From Ostrea edulis (taxonomy: Eukaryota), in contig NC_079166.1 in NCBI RefSeq assembly GCF_947568905.1, forward strand, positions 63,426,001 through 63,490,000: a DNA stretch of 64,000 bases. Reading direction: 5' to 3'. This document shows, one piece after another, positions 13,329 through 26,518 of this stretch. The translations under genes and the position numbers were made by a program. The notes under the pieces were generated by a model that saw only the letters and a list, made by a program, of their open reading frames with translations, was not told the DNA's origin and searched no databases. The number at the start of each line of letters is the position of its first letter. Position 1 is the first letter of the stretch.

Positions 13329-13719
13329 ATGTATGTTCTCTATACACAACGATGCATCAACGGTGGCAACATAATCATCAATGCCTATTAACATTGCCTA
13401 TTTATTTATCTTTTTATTCGTTTTTTGTTTCTCATTCCTGATTTAGTAAATTAGAGATGAATTTGTTGGTAAGCAATTTATCACAAACAAAATCAATAAA
13501 CAGATCAAATTCATCTAGGTACATTATAAGGTGAGGAAAGATATAAGGTTTCCAAACGCACTATCAAAATAAAAACAATGTACATTATTAAAACATGATG
13601 TATACTGGGACTTCTTTAAACTTTGCCATCCGTTGTTCATTCCAAGAATATTAGTTCCTTCCATGAATGATTGCATGATTAAATCAATGCTCACTTTATC
13701 ACTGAAAAATAAAATGAAG

Positions 13720-14110
13720 AATACCTGATTCTACGTACAATTATTCTGAAGTTGATATTGAAAAGAGATGCTGGAGTTCCTCATTGACAATATCTTCATA
13801 GTCTTTGGTGATCAGGTTTTCCAATGCAATAGCCTGTTGGAATTTTCATGGGCATTAATTGTGTTTCTGTATTAATAATCAAGTAGCCTGTTCTTGTATT
13901 CTTATGAGACATACTTGATTCAAAACTTTTCCCATCAACACATTTAAATACATGAACGGCGCGTTGTCTATTATCAATATTTATTTCAATTCAGATCTCT
14001 TGTTCCATTTCTTTCAGTGAACTTCAAATAAATGACACACCAGAATTTTCCATATTTGATTCATATTTGGTATTTCATTGACTATTAGTGTTAACGGCGG
14101 CCTAACTACT
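13720..14110 (+). mobile_element. Highly degenerate Naiad RT fragment
   Basis: gatgctggagttcctcattgacaatatcttcatagtctttggtgatcaggtttt is nearly identical to 9181-9235; many frameshifts. Confidence 0.7.
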
Positions 14111-15069
14111 CAAGTATATAACAAACGCTGGTACGCTAAGATAAGTTATACTCCATTTGTACACGTAAATTGTAGGCTTTAAAATCTGTCCCTCACAAAG
14201 GGATGGAGTTACAAAACTTTTAAAACTATTTTGATTGTTTACATGGAAACATTTTGTACCACAACATGACAAATATGTGCTTTGGTATGACGTCATTCCT
14301 GGTTGTTCTAAATATATCACAAATGTACCTTAATATAAAGTGAAATAGTACCACACCATATTTCACATCTAATTGGTGATAATATTGGTAAAACGCCCAA
14401 TGTTTATCAATAGTGCTGCTGCAATCCTACCACTTTTTGTAGGAAATGATTATTGAACACTTAAACATCTATTTTTTTTTTTTATTTTTTTTTTTTACAT
14501 TTTATACTGATGTTCTTACTTCGAAAGTTTTCATAACAATTATCATTCTCAGATTCTAGCAGTAATCGCCCTGCACGTTCGTTTGTAACCTTTCACACGG
14601 TGTATAAAAAGTCTCTAAATATATGCAGGTAGTGTGATAATTTTGCCGTTTTAATTTCAGTGTATGACAGGGGAAAATCGGATGGACATGCTAAATGAAA
14701 TTTCTTTTCTTGAACAAATTCGGTAATGAATGAAATCAACACAACTTCATGATATCAATAAATTCTCAGTATTTCACCCATATATTTTATGATATACATT
14801 CTATGACATACATTTTATCAAACACTTCATATTTGGTCGATATTTACACGTGCCATCGTCCCCTAATGTATGATTATAACATCATCAATTTACATGTACA
14901 TGTACTTTATATTTATGTGTTTAATTTAAAATTGTAGTATATATTCGAGAGAGGAGAAAATCTGTGACTGGACCGGAATTCGAAAAAGTTTGATGAAATA
15001 ATCTCCCTTTGCTAAATGTAGATTTTCATTGTTATTCGAAATTTATAAAAAAGGAATAAAGTGTATTTT

Positions 15070-15290
15070 CGCTATTTTGTTATTATCTTTCCCTAGAGAA
15101 CGGCGTTGCCCCTCATTTGAATAAACTTGATTCTTCTTCACCCAAGAATGATTTGTGCCAGGTGTGGTTGGAATTGACTGTGTGGTTCTGAAGAAGATTA
15201 AGTGAAAAGTTTATGGCGACAACAACGCCAAAGACAGGCAACGGAAAGCTCTGATCAGAAAAGCTCACTTGCGCCTTCGGCTTGGTTTAT
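15070..15290 (+). mobile_element. HINE 3' end fragment
   Basis: cccctcatttgaataaacttgattc...cccaagaatgatttgtgcc...tgatcagaaaagctcacttg. Confidence 0.6.
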
Positions 15291-15762
15291 TCATCATAGT
15301 TGATTTTAGTTGGAGTAAATTAGCTAGAGTTCATTATCTACAATGTGGTTATTCTTTTAGGAAGCACAAAATAATCTGCAATACATACTGTACAAATAAC
15401 AGTTGGCAACAATTGCGACCCATTATTCTGTGTGTAAAGTACTGCTACCTCATTACTACATTGTTAAAGTAAGTTACATATATGCCAAGGTAAATCGATA
15501 CCCTGAGAGGAAAGATAATTCTATCTGGGTACATAAACTATTTTTAATCTACCATATCTAAAATGGTCAAGTTACATGATTAATTCTGTCAAATTTTGCA
15601 TTTCAAGGTATGTTGATACTGTATGCATTTTATAAATTAGATTTCTCAAATAAAAAACGTAAAGCATTAAAGAGAAATCTAACTTAGATTAACGTGTGAA
15701 GAGAGTATTAATAAATATATTGCAATAAATCATAATCATATGAAATAAAGTAGAACCTTTTG

Positions 15763-16300
15763 TCTGAAAATGTCTGCATTACACGTAACTTAGCCACAAC
15801 ATTTATCTGAAACTGTCTGCACTACATACAACTTAGCCACAACATTTATCTGAAACTTTCTGCGCTACACGTAACTTAGACACACCATTTATCTGAAACT
15901 GTCTGCACTACATAACTTCATCGTCGGAAACCCACGGCTGATTACGCCTCGTTCCTTTCTCCATCACCCGTGGGTCCATTCATTCCTACTCGCTCGTTCT
16001 CATGAATGATTAATGAGCAATTTGATTGGGCGCTCATCGTATACCCTGAGCGAATTTTCCAGTCACAAGACGCTTTCAGTCCATGCAGTTTCGGTATACA
16101 ATTCTTGTGATAGAAAAGTTTAGTTGATGCTACCTTTAAAAACAGAAGAGTTCCGTTACAATAACGATTACTTTGATTGGATGATATTTTTGAATATTTA
16201 TTCACGAGAACGAGCGAGTAGGAATGAATGGACCCGTGGGTGATGGAGATATATAACTTAGGCATGACATTTATCTGAAACTATCTACACTACATATAAC
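15763..16300. repeat. 43-bp minisatellite (~5 units) split by an insertion
   Basis: Unit tctgaaactgtctgcactacacgtaacttagccacaacattta at 15763, 15806, 15849 and 15892 (partial); resumes at about 16253. Confidence 0.8.
15918..16250. mobile_element. Fold-back / MITE-like insertion with ~48-bp inverted repeats
   Basis: ctccatcacccgtgggtccattcattcctactcgctcgttctcatgaa (from 15959) versus ttcacgagaacgagcgagtaggaatgaatggacccgtgggtgatggag (16201-16248). Confidence 0.65.
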
Positions 16301-16711
16301 AGGCACAACAAAACAAACAAACTTAAAATCTAGTAAGAGTTTAGCCCGTAATCGTCCTGGTGAAGTCAGTAGGTATGTTGATACCATGCGGTTTCAACTT
16401 GTGCATCCAGAAATTTTCCCTCTGCTTTCTTTCGGTATCTGACCTACTTGGGTGCACCACTTGGGTCATGATCAATAACCACTACTGTCATGCCATGCCC
16501 CCCCTCCCCTCCATCGGCGGTTATTGCCATTGAAATATGTCGCTACTGGCAAATCGTTATTGGTTCTGATAGAGGACCAATGGTTATTCCTTATGTTAGG
16601 AAGTCCCTTTGCTAAAAAATATTCAAATTTTAAAGAATCGACGATGCGATTTGGAAGAATTTTCATTTGTAAAATGCGGTGGTTTAGAGATCCTGTGATT
16701 GACGACACCCA

Positions 16712-17086
16712 TCATGACAGATTCCAGTCTGTATTCTGGTTGTGAAGAATCCAATTAATCATGACAGATTCCAGTCTGTATTCTGGTTGTGAAGAATCCA
16801 ATTAATCATGACAGATTCCAGTCTGTATTCTGGTTGTGAAGAATCCAATTAATCATGACAGATTCCAGTCTGTATTCTGGTTGTGAAGAATCCAATTAAT
16901 CATGACAGATTCCAGTCTGTATTCTGGTTGTGAAGAATCCAATTAATCATGACAGATTCCAGTCTGTATTCTGGTTGTGAAGAATCCAATTAATCATGAC
17001 AGATTCCAGTCTGTATTCTGGTTGTGAAGAATCCAATTAATCATGACAGATTCCAGTCTGTATTCTGGTTGTGAAGAATCCAATTA
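16712..17086. repeat. 47-bp minisatellite, 8 essentially perfect copies
   Basis: Unit tcatgacagattccagtctgtattctggttgtgaagaatccaattaa. Confidence 0.95.
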
Positions 17087-17089
17087 TGG

Positions 17090-17635
17090 ACTTGTTTGGG
17101 TTTTTCAAATAACCGACCTAAAACTTTGAAAGGACGCTTACCTATTTGTGAATTATGAAAAAGATCAATCATATTCACATTATTCACAAATGGACTTGTA
17201 AGATTTCGTACTTTTTCTATATTCATCAGGTGTACTTACAACTTGGGCTACATTATCATTGCATCCATATGGAAAAGAAGTATATTGTGTTCAAATCCAG
17301 GAATCGTCTCGTTTTCTACGAAAAACGGTACTTGCAAGATGGGTTCTTAGAGTGATGTTTTTTCTTCTGACCCTCATGGACAAGATGGAATGATCTGACA
17401 AATTAAAGTGTTTATAAAGACGTTAATTACCGCCATTGTTAATGTTCTTTTATTTAGTGCCCCTTACTTCACCCCAACATAAAGCAATTGAATTTTCCAA
17501 AATTTTGGTATTGAAACTTCGTCTATTGAAATTACTAACAAATAAATTTCTATCGATCAAGTATCGCAGGTTTACAGTTTTTTGACAGAACATTTTGAGA
17601 TTAAGCACATGTTGTATCAAGTCAAAATAAAACAA
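17090..17635 (-). mobile_element. Degenerate Naiad N-terminal GIY-YIG endonuclease region
   Basis: Frameshifted translation gives ISKCSVKK..KTCD, RNLFVSNFNRRSFNTK, NINNGGN*RLYKHFN(L)SDHSILSMRVR, RRKRDDSWI*TQYTSFPYGCNDNV, NLTSPFVNNVNMIDLF. This matches my recollection of the EN-then-linker order of N-terminal-EN PLEs. Confidence 0.65.
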
Positions 17636-17637
17636 CA

Positions 17638-17928
17638 GTTTGATTGTATCTTGTTTAACGTCCCCCTCGAGAATTTTACACTTATATGGAGATGTCACCA
17701 AGACCGGTGAAGGGCTTCAAATTTAGGTCTATGCTCGGCGCTTACGATCATTTAGCAGTGAGGGTTCTTTAGCGTGCTACACTTACTGTGCCATGGGATA
17801 TTCGTTTTAAAGGTCATCACACTGGATGTCGGATGTTGAGCGTTTGAACTGTCACTACCTGTTGTAACGACTTAGGTCTGCCATGGCCATGATTCGAATC
17901 CCGTACCGCAGCAGTACATCAGTTTGAA
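17638..17928 (-). mobile_element. tRNA-derived SINE (Nin-domain-like)
   Basis: B-box-like gattcgaatc near 17912, central gagggttctttagcgtgctacac, CAAT-type tail. A second copy lies inverted at about 44878-45128. Confidence 0.55.
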
Positions 17929-19988
17929 ATTCCTGTACTCCACATCTTTACTCTGCCTAATTAAGAACTGTCCTAAAATACATTCTCTGAGTGGGTCTCC
18001 TGAAAAGGGGGTGTGCCATCTAACTGACAAATTATAAATACTTGTTGACAACTTCCATAGGGTGTACAGACACCTTGCTTATTTTCAAAGGTTAGCATCA
18101 ATTAACAATTAATTTGTTTCTCTTCTTTAATTCAATGTCCTACATTTTGTTTTAAAATGTCTTCTGCGGAAAATACATTTCAAAAATTCAAAATACCAAT
18201 TTCATCGAAAATTGAATACATATGGTTTTAAAATTCAAAGCAACAATACATATCATTAAGCTTTATCACACGAAAAAAGATTTGGTGTCAGTAAAGATGG
18301 AGAACTAACAAAAAAATAATGATTTCGTAACAAGTAGAATAAATTATCACATGATGAAAAATAATACTTATGGCAAGCAGAAACCTCACATCAGTAACTT
18401 CACTTGGCATTCCATGACATTCGCACATATGCTACATCACATATACCCTCACACACAATCCTGAAATTGTCCACTTTGAACTTTTGGGGAAGCTCAGATG
18501 CTACCGTAGTTTATTTGTAGCTAACTTTTGTAATTGTCTGTCTCCAGTAATCAAAGCGTGTATGGCCAGTTACATTTCTTCCAAAGAATAAAGAATTATT
18601 GTAATGCAGTTGAATTTCTCTACTGCGTTATTATCACATTCTTCTATATTGTATACATGAAAACATTTGTTTTAAAGATATAATAGTATAGTTTTCTAGC
18701 AGAATGCATGTGTTTGTTGATGGTAGAACTTCTGTGCATCACTTCCATGTAAATTGTGAGACATCGAGTAACAAAACAAAAATGTAGTCATCCAAGTTGT
18801 CGGACTAATCACCACATAAACCATTCTACACAGATGCGTGCAATCTCAAATACATCAAAATGTTCCTTATTCTATATCCATGTTCATTAATGTTTGAAAT
18901 GACTGTCTCATGAATATGCATTACAGATGTTTGAAATTGTCACCTGACTGTCTCATGAATATACATTACAGATGTTTGAAATGATTGTCTCATGAATATG
19001 CATTACAGATGTTTGAAATGATAACATGACTATCCCTTAAACATGCATTACATATCTCCAAATGACGAAAGTTGGTTAACACTGGGTTAAAACCAAATAC
19101 TTCTGTATAAAACACTGGCTTTTTATTTTCGAGTAACTAAATTTGGCAAAACATCAAATCATACAGCTTTTGAATACTACCCTTTTAAACATAAGAACTT
19201 TATGTATAGCATATACGGAAGAGGAATATCATTTATTCAAACAAGTTTTCATTAAATGTACTGTAAACCGGCTTTAATTTGAGACAACTTTATTTCGCGA
19301 TTTACTAAATTAAGTGAACAGGTTCGTGGCAACTAATTTTCGTACAATTTACATACAAGAAACAGTAAAGGTCTTATTCACGGCAAATAAATATTTGCGA
19401 TGAGGTTCTCACAAACCTTGTAACAATTTGGTTTACAGGATATGTTTCTCTGAAAATGATATATCCCAAGCTCCATTTCGCACAATTTCTAGCTTGATTT
19501 ATTTCTGTTTGATTTACAATACAGCTTATGAATTAACATATGCTATCAATTTCAAAGTATTTAATTTGGAACATATCTTTCACAGTTTAATCATGTTCTA
19601 TCACATCTTGTCTAATCATTGCAATTTCTTTCAAATCTTATGTACATGATCATATAATAATGAAATTTGGAGTTGTGGTAAGTTTTAAAAAAGACCGGTT
19701 CATCTGTAAACTCTTACTTAAATCAAAACTATTATATTCTAGCTTAATACATGTTAGACTATTGTGCAAAATATATAATTTGTTAAGTCTTCAGTTTGCT
19801 AAATAATAATTACTATGATTCATTATGCATAACAACTGCATTTTGTTAAGACACATCCCTTACACTTCTCAAAAACCTATCACATCTGTCTCTCTATAAA
19901 TCACACTTTTGAATACTCAGGAATTCCTTCTCATAGCTTGGTTAAAACTGACACTCGGTGTCACGCTACACTTCAGAATGACATTAAC

Positions 19989-20336
19989 TTAACTGGGACG
20001 ACATTGAACAGACTGATCATTAGTGTTCTGTTCCTCTTCATCCACATCAAACACTCCCGTGATCCGGTATCCCATGTTCATCAACATGACCTCCAATGGG
20101 TCAGCGTTCATTCTCTTCAGATTGGACCGGTGTGTGACCGGTCAACAGGGGATGCTTACTCATCCTAGGCACCTGATCCCACCTCTGGTGTGTCCAGGGG
20201 TCCGTGTTTGCCCAACTATCTATTTTGTATTGCTTATGGGAGTTGTAAGATTGATCACTGTACGTTATCTTTACCTTGCATTGGCTAGATCTGCGTCATC
20301 CGAATTATCCACTTCTCGCTCGTCTTTCGTGCCATC
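19989..20336 (-). pseudogene. WDTC1: Terminal coding exon of WD and tetratricopeptide repeats 1 (adipose), interrupted by a retroelement tail
   Basis: After ...gtaatttcag acceptor: DGTKDEREVDNSDDADLAN / LKRMNADPLEVMLMNMGYRITGVFDVDEEEQNTNDQSVQCRPS* (62 aa once the insertion is removed). RMNADPLEVML.NMGYRITG...QCRPS is the WDTC1 C-terminus. No other WDTC1 exon recognised in the window. Confidence 0.85.
20126..20279 (+). mobile_element. Solo Naiad 3' tail inserted in the WDTC1 exon
   Basis: gtgtgaccggtcaacaggggatgcttact...ttaccttgc, flanked by attgg at 20121-20125 and 20280-20284 (5-bp TSD). Confidence 0.88.
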
Positions 20337-21734
20337 CTGAAATTACAGAAGTCAGGTATTTATGCTAGTTTCTCTTCCTGTTCATTTTTGTTCTATCCTG
20401 TAATTTTTAGAAGTCGATGATATCTACATGTATATATGACCTCCTTCCCTATTGTTTTTGTACTGTCCTGTAGTTGCATAGGCAAGTTAAAATTGTTAAG
20501 CTACTTCGAATACATGTAGGCACCTGACCCAGAAATATCAATACAAGAAGTGTAATGCAAACTGTAATTTGCTAACTTTAATAGGGACTCTGTCGGTATG
20601 GTCACTCACCAATCAACAGGCTATTAACAATTAAACATTGAGGCTTATCTTAACTTTCCACCTTTGAACTGCCTCTCAGTCTGTCTCCACACCAATCAGA
20701 ATATTTTTCACAATTCAACTTTGAGGCTTATCCTAACAGAAAAATGATTAATTTCCACCTTTGAACTGACCCCTCAGTCTGTCTCCACATCAATCAATAT
20801 ACTTTTGACAATTGAATTATGAAGGTTTAAATCAGTATTTTGCACCTTTGAACTTACCTCATGAGTTTGTCTTGGACTAGATACAATGTAGCTGCCTTGA
20901 TATCCTTATCGAAGTTCTGAAAGTATTGAAGTGTGTTTAGTATGTGAATTCTGATATCTCCAGGAAATATGTATTTACTTTTACTACATTGACAAGAAAC
21001 CTGGTCAATTTTGTTACCTGCGGTTCTTAATGTGCTTTTCGTCATGGTAAAGAGGAGAAAAAAATAATACAGTTGAACTTCCTTTTCCCCAAAACCGATA
21101 TATCGAATACCATGGATATGTTGAATATGATGAATAGATTCGGAAGTTGCTACCACTTATTCATTAACTAGTTTACCCTCGATATCTTGAATCCTCATAT
21201 ATCTCGAAGTTTTTTCTAGGTCCCATCCAGTTCGAGATAACGATGTTTTACTGCATTTGTAAAATAATATCAGATTGTTATATGCTGTTAAGATTTGTCC
21301 ATGCAGATATTGATGAAAATCTATTATTTATGATATTGTTATGATTTTTCTGGGAATCCAGTATAGGTAACGTAAGTTATATTCATGCGACCCATTGCCT
21401 GGGATATTAACGTGTTTTTCCCCGCTTAAGCCATTGTGTGTTATTTCTTAACAAAGAATCCTTTCGATAATCAAGGAGAAAAGAAATGGAGATAAATAAT
21501 CACCTTGTTTAACGCCTACATTTGACATGAAGAAGTCTGATGTTCTTTGGTCTCTTTCTATTTAAATTTTATACTATTGTACATATTTTTTTCAACATTT
21601 ACAATCTATATCATATCTCGAAGCTTTTATTCATAAACATGTCTTGAAACAGTATCAAATGGCTGTATGAAGTATATAAATGTACGACATAGTTTTATTA
21701 TTATTATCATCAGTATCATTGTTATTATGAAAAA

Positions 21735-21870
21735 GAACACATATATCATCTGCAGTGCTATGTCCTTTTTTTAAACCTGTGTGGATACCTTTCTTAAGTA
21801 TCACATCGTTTGCAAAAATATTCAATCTCTCACTTAAAATACTCATTAACAACTTCCTAAACAATTCCTT
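21735..21870 (-). mobile_element. Degenerate non-LTR RT fragment
   Basis: FRKLLMSILSERLNIF...HTGLKKGHSTADDICVL resembles the KLxxxILxxRL...QxGFRxGxST motif. Confidence 0.5.
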
Positions 21871-22833
21871 TATATAAGATTGGGCCCTGGAGATTTGTTA
21901 TTTTTCAACTTTGCAATAGCTGCTAAGATTTCAACATTTCAGATTGATTAATTCGACTAGAATAGTCTTCGGTATAAACTGAAGAATCTCGTTTCTATCT
22001 ATCTCGCCATTTTAAGATACTTTTGCAAGTATGTGCCCATTCGCTTTACTTTTATCATTAGAATTCTATCGTTATCTTCCAGTAAGTCTTTGGTTTTCAA
22101 CTTTTTGGCCATGAAAATGAACATATGTTCTTCAAGACATGCATGCCTCCTATGAGAAGAAACCGTCCAAACAGTGACAAATAACCAAACACTGTAATGC
22201 AGTTTTGTCGAATATGTCATTTATTGAATGACATAAGGTAAATTATTAAGTAAAATGTTAAACAAACCATTAAAGGGGATCACCTGAATAAACAATACCT
22301 TTTGAAACATGTACATAGCTGTCGGGTAAAGTGTGACCCCCTTTGAGACTGACTGGAAAAATACATGTAGTGAAAGTACAATTATAAGTTACAGAGTACA
22401 TGGAACATGCATACAATATATACATAAATGAGTTAATCCTTGTTTTGTCCATTGCTTTTTTATATGAAATACTTTGGACTTTTAAAATTATCCTGAGGGT
22501 TTTTTAACTATGGTGTGAAGGAATTTAACGAAATCAAATTTCTGGCTGGCGGCATTACAGCTTTTATTACAAAATGGCTCATTACAGAATGGTTATTTAC
22601 TGGTTTTACGTCTAGATCATCAAATGTTGCAGAAAGAAATTAATCACAAAGTTGTTTGTTTTGTCTTGTTTGTTTGTTTTGCTGTTCTTGTTTTTATTTA
22701 ATATTCCGTCATCGTCACACACAACTGTATGAATGAGATACATCAAGTACCACTTATTTTCATAATATCTCAACTGCGATCAATATTTTCAATTTATCAA
22801 ATGCCAGAGGGAAAATCGAGCACCGTCGCACAT

Positions 22834-23043
22834 CACACTGATTTTGACTGCGGATAACTCCGTTTACCTGATCAGGATATAGGGCTCATGGCGGGTGTGA
22901 CCGGTCAACAGGGGATGCTTACTCCTCCTAGGCACCTGATCCCACCTCTGGTGTGTCCAGGGGTCCGTGTTTGCCCAACTATCTATTTTGTATTGCTTAT
23001 AGGAGTTATGAGATTGATCACTGTTCGTTATCTTCACCTTGCA
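22834..23043 (+). mobile_element. Solo Naiad 3' tail
   Basis: cacactgattttgactgcggataactccgtttacctgatcagg...ttatcttcaccttgca, nearly identical to 9870-10077. Confidence 0.88.
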
Positions 23044-25149
23044 TATTGCCTACACAAATGGAATGCTATATAAGGACAGTACAAGAGGGAGGAGCACATT
23101 TTGTCTATACAAATGAAATCCTACGCGAGGACAATACTAAATATCAAATTCAATCCCATCATTCCTCTTGTCAATACTAATAATAATTAATCACATAGTA
23201 CATGAAGTATGTGTGTGCTGTTACCTAACACAATTAGATACCGATGTGCCCTTATCCGGAACATTGGGGTGTATTCACCCGTCCAAGCCTCGCCTTGTGT
23301 ATGCATTGAAATGGCAACTGATAAGACTAAATATATCTGTGTAGGTCTTCTTTACAGCTGAGTGTGTGGGTAACTGTGATCTATTGATTCTTTGATACCT
23401 TTATCAAGAGTTGGTTGTTGTTTTTTTTTGTATATCAAATGGTGAAATACTTAACATGGTTCTCTAAAGACCGTCGACGAATGGTTTTTTTTCCTTCTCT
23501 CGGACAAACAGTTGGTTGGTTCCGTTCCTTATTGAATGTGATATGTAACTTCAACGATTGTATCATTGGTGTTCTAACACTCTTATAAATGATCAATAAT
23601 TTCTCAAAATGAGGTAAGCATTAGAAGCTATTTTAGTAATCATTTCTCTTAATTGCTTAATTACCTCATATTCTTGAAGGCAAATATGTTTTTAACACTA
23701 CATTGTATGATTTCAATGAACATAAGTTACGATATACTAAATTTGATATTAATTCGTGTTTCATAAAAATATTTATTAATCCTCTACAAAATAACAAACA
23801 AAAAACAAAAAGATACACAATTGATCGACAACGTCTTTTTCATATTACTTCCTGATAAAGATTACATGGAGCGCATATCTCAATGTTTACCTCTTGAGCC
23901 GTCTTTATCTTTTCCAATATGAATTTTATCGACAACAAAGAAAATCAATATATGATACATGTTTCCCGGAACAAATGTATTTGGTGGCTGTTGTTCGGAT
24001 TTTCGAAATATAGGGAACATTCTTTGTTGGATAAATACATCTTTTTATGTGTGCCTAAATTTTTTTGTCTTTTCTTTTTTTCGTTTGTTTGGCTGTTTCC
24101 TCTTTCGTTCGTTAATTTGCCTACAGCCGTGTTCGCAACATTTGATATATATCTCAATTATTATAAAATGGGAGTTAAAGGACACTGTCATTTCATTGGT
24201 AAATTTGAAGTAATACATGTTTGTCAACGTCAAATTAGTCACATTTGAATGTAATCAAGGTTGGGTGAATATTATTCCACAAGCACTTTCTAACATAAGT
24301 TTTATTCTATTATCCTTTCGTATTTCAGCTGGGGTGGAACACGTTTAAGACATGCACATGTCTAAATCACGACAATGTCTTGTCAATGGACGTTTCATGT
24401 ACTTTTCACTTTTTATTTTTACTGAAATTACAACCTCTTTCTTTTCTAAATCCGAAGTCGTGTAAAAATATATTTTACCCGTTTGTGTAATGACTCGCAT
24501 TATACTTTTTGTTTATCTGCATTAGATTTTCACAAGTAGGGACTTGACTGAGAAAAAAATTTCCTTATCCGTGTTTTCCTTGGAAACGAAACATTTAACA
24601 TCTGTCTGGGAGCAGTTGACTCAGATATTGACAGAATATCATTAAAGTGGAATAACAAAAAATACTTATAACAAAAAATCCAAATCTTTTTGTTATTCTT
24701 CAATCAAAAATCAAATATCAACAATTCAATATTAATATTCTTCAATAATTCACTTTTTCTAATATAAGATGCATTTCGCAAGTTCTGTGGTAGTTGTAGC
24801 GGTCTAGTTCGTCAATGCAACCGATCATTCGGCGGGGGATGCTTTCTCCTCCTGGTTACCTGATCTCACCAATTAATATAGGCATCATGTAGAGAGTTCC
24901 AAAAAGGCCTCGTTAAGAGAGCCAAAAATAAACATGGCCTTGTCAAGTGAAACCAAAATAAAAACGGCCTCGTTTCGAGAGCCCAAAAGAATATGATCGC
25001 GTTAAGACAGCCCAAGTAAACATTGTCTCGTAAAGAGGACGAAATAAATTCAGAGGTTGAAAAAGAAATACAATTACATATTGAGATGCAATATGCCTCG
25101 TCATGATACAATGTACACATGCTAATTTCGCATCTGTGTCGAAATCGTA

Positions 25150-26005
25150 TATCATTGAAAGTAGACATTAACGGCAAACTGACAACTCAACTGTATGACA
25201 AACGGGATGATTTCAGCTTCCCTATCGTCAACTTCCCATATTTATGTAGCAATGTTCCATTATCACCTGCATATGGTGTTTATATATCTCAACTGATTCG
25301 ATATGCAAGAGCTTGTTCTGCGTATAGTCCGTTTTTAAGTCTAACTTTAGGTTAGGGTAAAATGAATATGTCCAGCTGTCGAAAAGGTCAGTCTTTGTTT
25401 CGAGTTGCAGCAGTGAAAAGTTTAGGTCGATAACCACCACCATTTGGCATGTATTGAACATAATTGCTGTTCGCAATTTTGCAAACGTATTGATATTCAT
25501 GCAAGACAAAGGTGGTGGATGTTATAACCGCATTAGTTCAATCGAAGTATCTTATTTTAATTCCATATTCACTATTTCATGTATGAGAGTCTACATATCA
25601 TGCACCAAATTTTGGTACGAGGTGGAACAAATCTGTGTACCTTAGTTATGATTTACATTTTTATGATTGAAAGGTGTGTGCAAACGAATATAGATACAAT
25701 AGCAGTATTTCTATTTATAAAACAGTATGTTCCCTATGCATCGTCCCTTAGTACCTTTAGTTGTTGTTCAAACATATTGTACTCAATTACAATGTTTACA
25801 AATATAATGTCTATGTCCCTAGGGGTCCATTATTTGGCAATAAACTATCTGTATCTGCATCTAATTTTATATTCATATTTATACAAGTATACAAGTAAGA
25901 ACACGGACTGGCTAATTGAGGTATTTACTGGGCATTTAAATCGTATATATCAAGATATGGTGCTCACGGCGAGTGTGACCGGTCGACAGGGGATGCTTAC
26001 TCCTC
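25150..26005 (+). mobile_element. Naiad RT-thumb fragment (25150-25335) and partial tail (about 25880-26005)
   Basis: LKVDINGKLTTQLYDKRDDFSFPIVNFPYLCSNVPLSPAYGVYISQLIRYARACS; later ggcgagtgtgaccggtcgacaggggatgcttactcctcc. Confidence 0.8.
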
Positions 26006-26518
26006 CGCAGCTATGTTAAGGCTTCCCGGAGCTTTGAAATGCGTTAAAATGATTTTTAAAAAAACAACAACTGCTAATTCATAAATATGTATAGATTAAT
26101 CATGTATATTAAGGAAACCAATGTATAATAGACATCCAGTTGAGGAAATTCCAGCACAGGAGTAATTGCCCTTGACAACATTTTTAAAATCATAAATAAT
26201 TGATCATCTATGGAAAATATAAACTTTTTCAGTATTAATAGTTTACCAGATTTTTTATTATATCCAGTGAATAATATTACTCAGAAAGATATATTTCTAT
26301 CATTCGCAAAGTTTAATTCATTAAGATTTTTGCATAAACCTATGACGTCACATGAGGATCGATCGACCTTAATGCAACGATAGAACCCCAGGTATAAAAC
26401 AAGCTCAAATTAACTTATTTTAATGTGACAATATTATATCTTCGCATTTTCAGGCATTCAGAAACTTACCTTATCTCCCAATGAATGGACTATATACTAA
26501 TATTCATATTGCTGGCAG

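Noticed and set aside
12587-17086. 53-bp and 47-bp arrays as CRISPR arrays
   Set aside because: Units are contiguous with no unique spacers, there are no cas genes, and the context is eukaryotic.
20852-20915. Penultimate WDTC1 exon (strong gtaagt donor at about 20856)
   Set aside because: The required phase-0 frame contains a stop and lacks the expected GID..V.LW.P motif.
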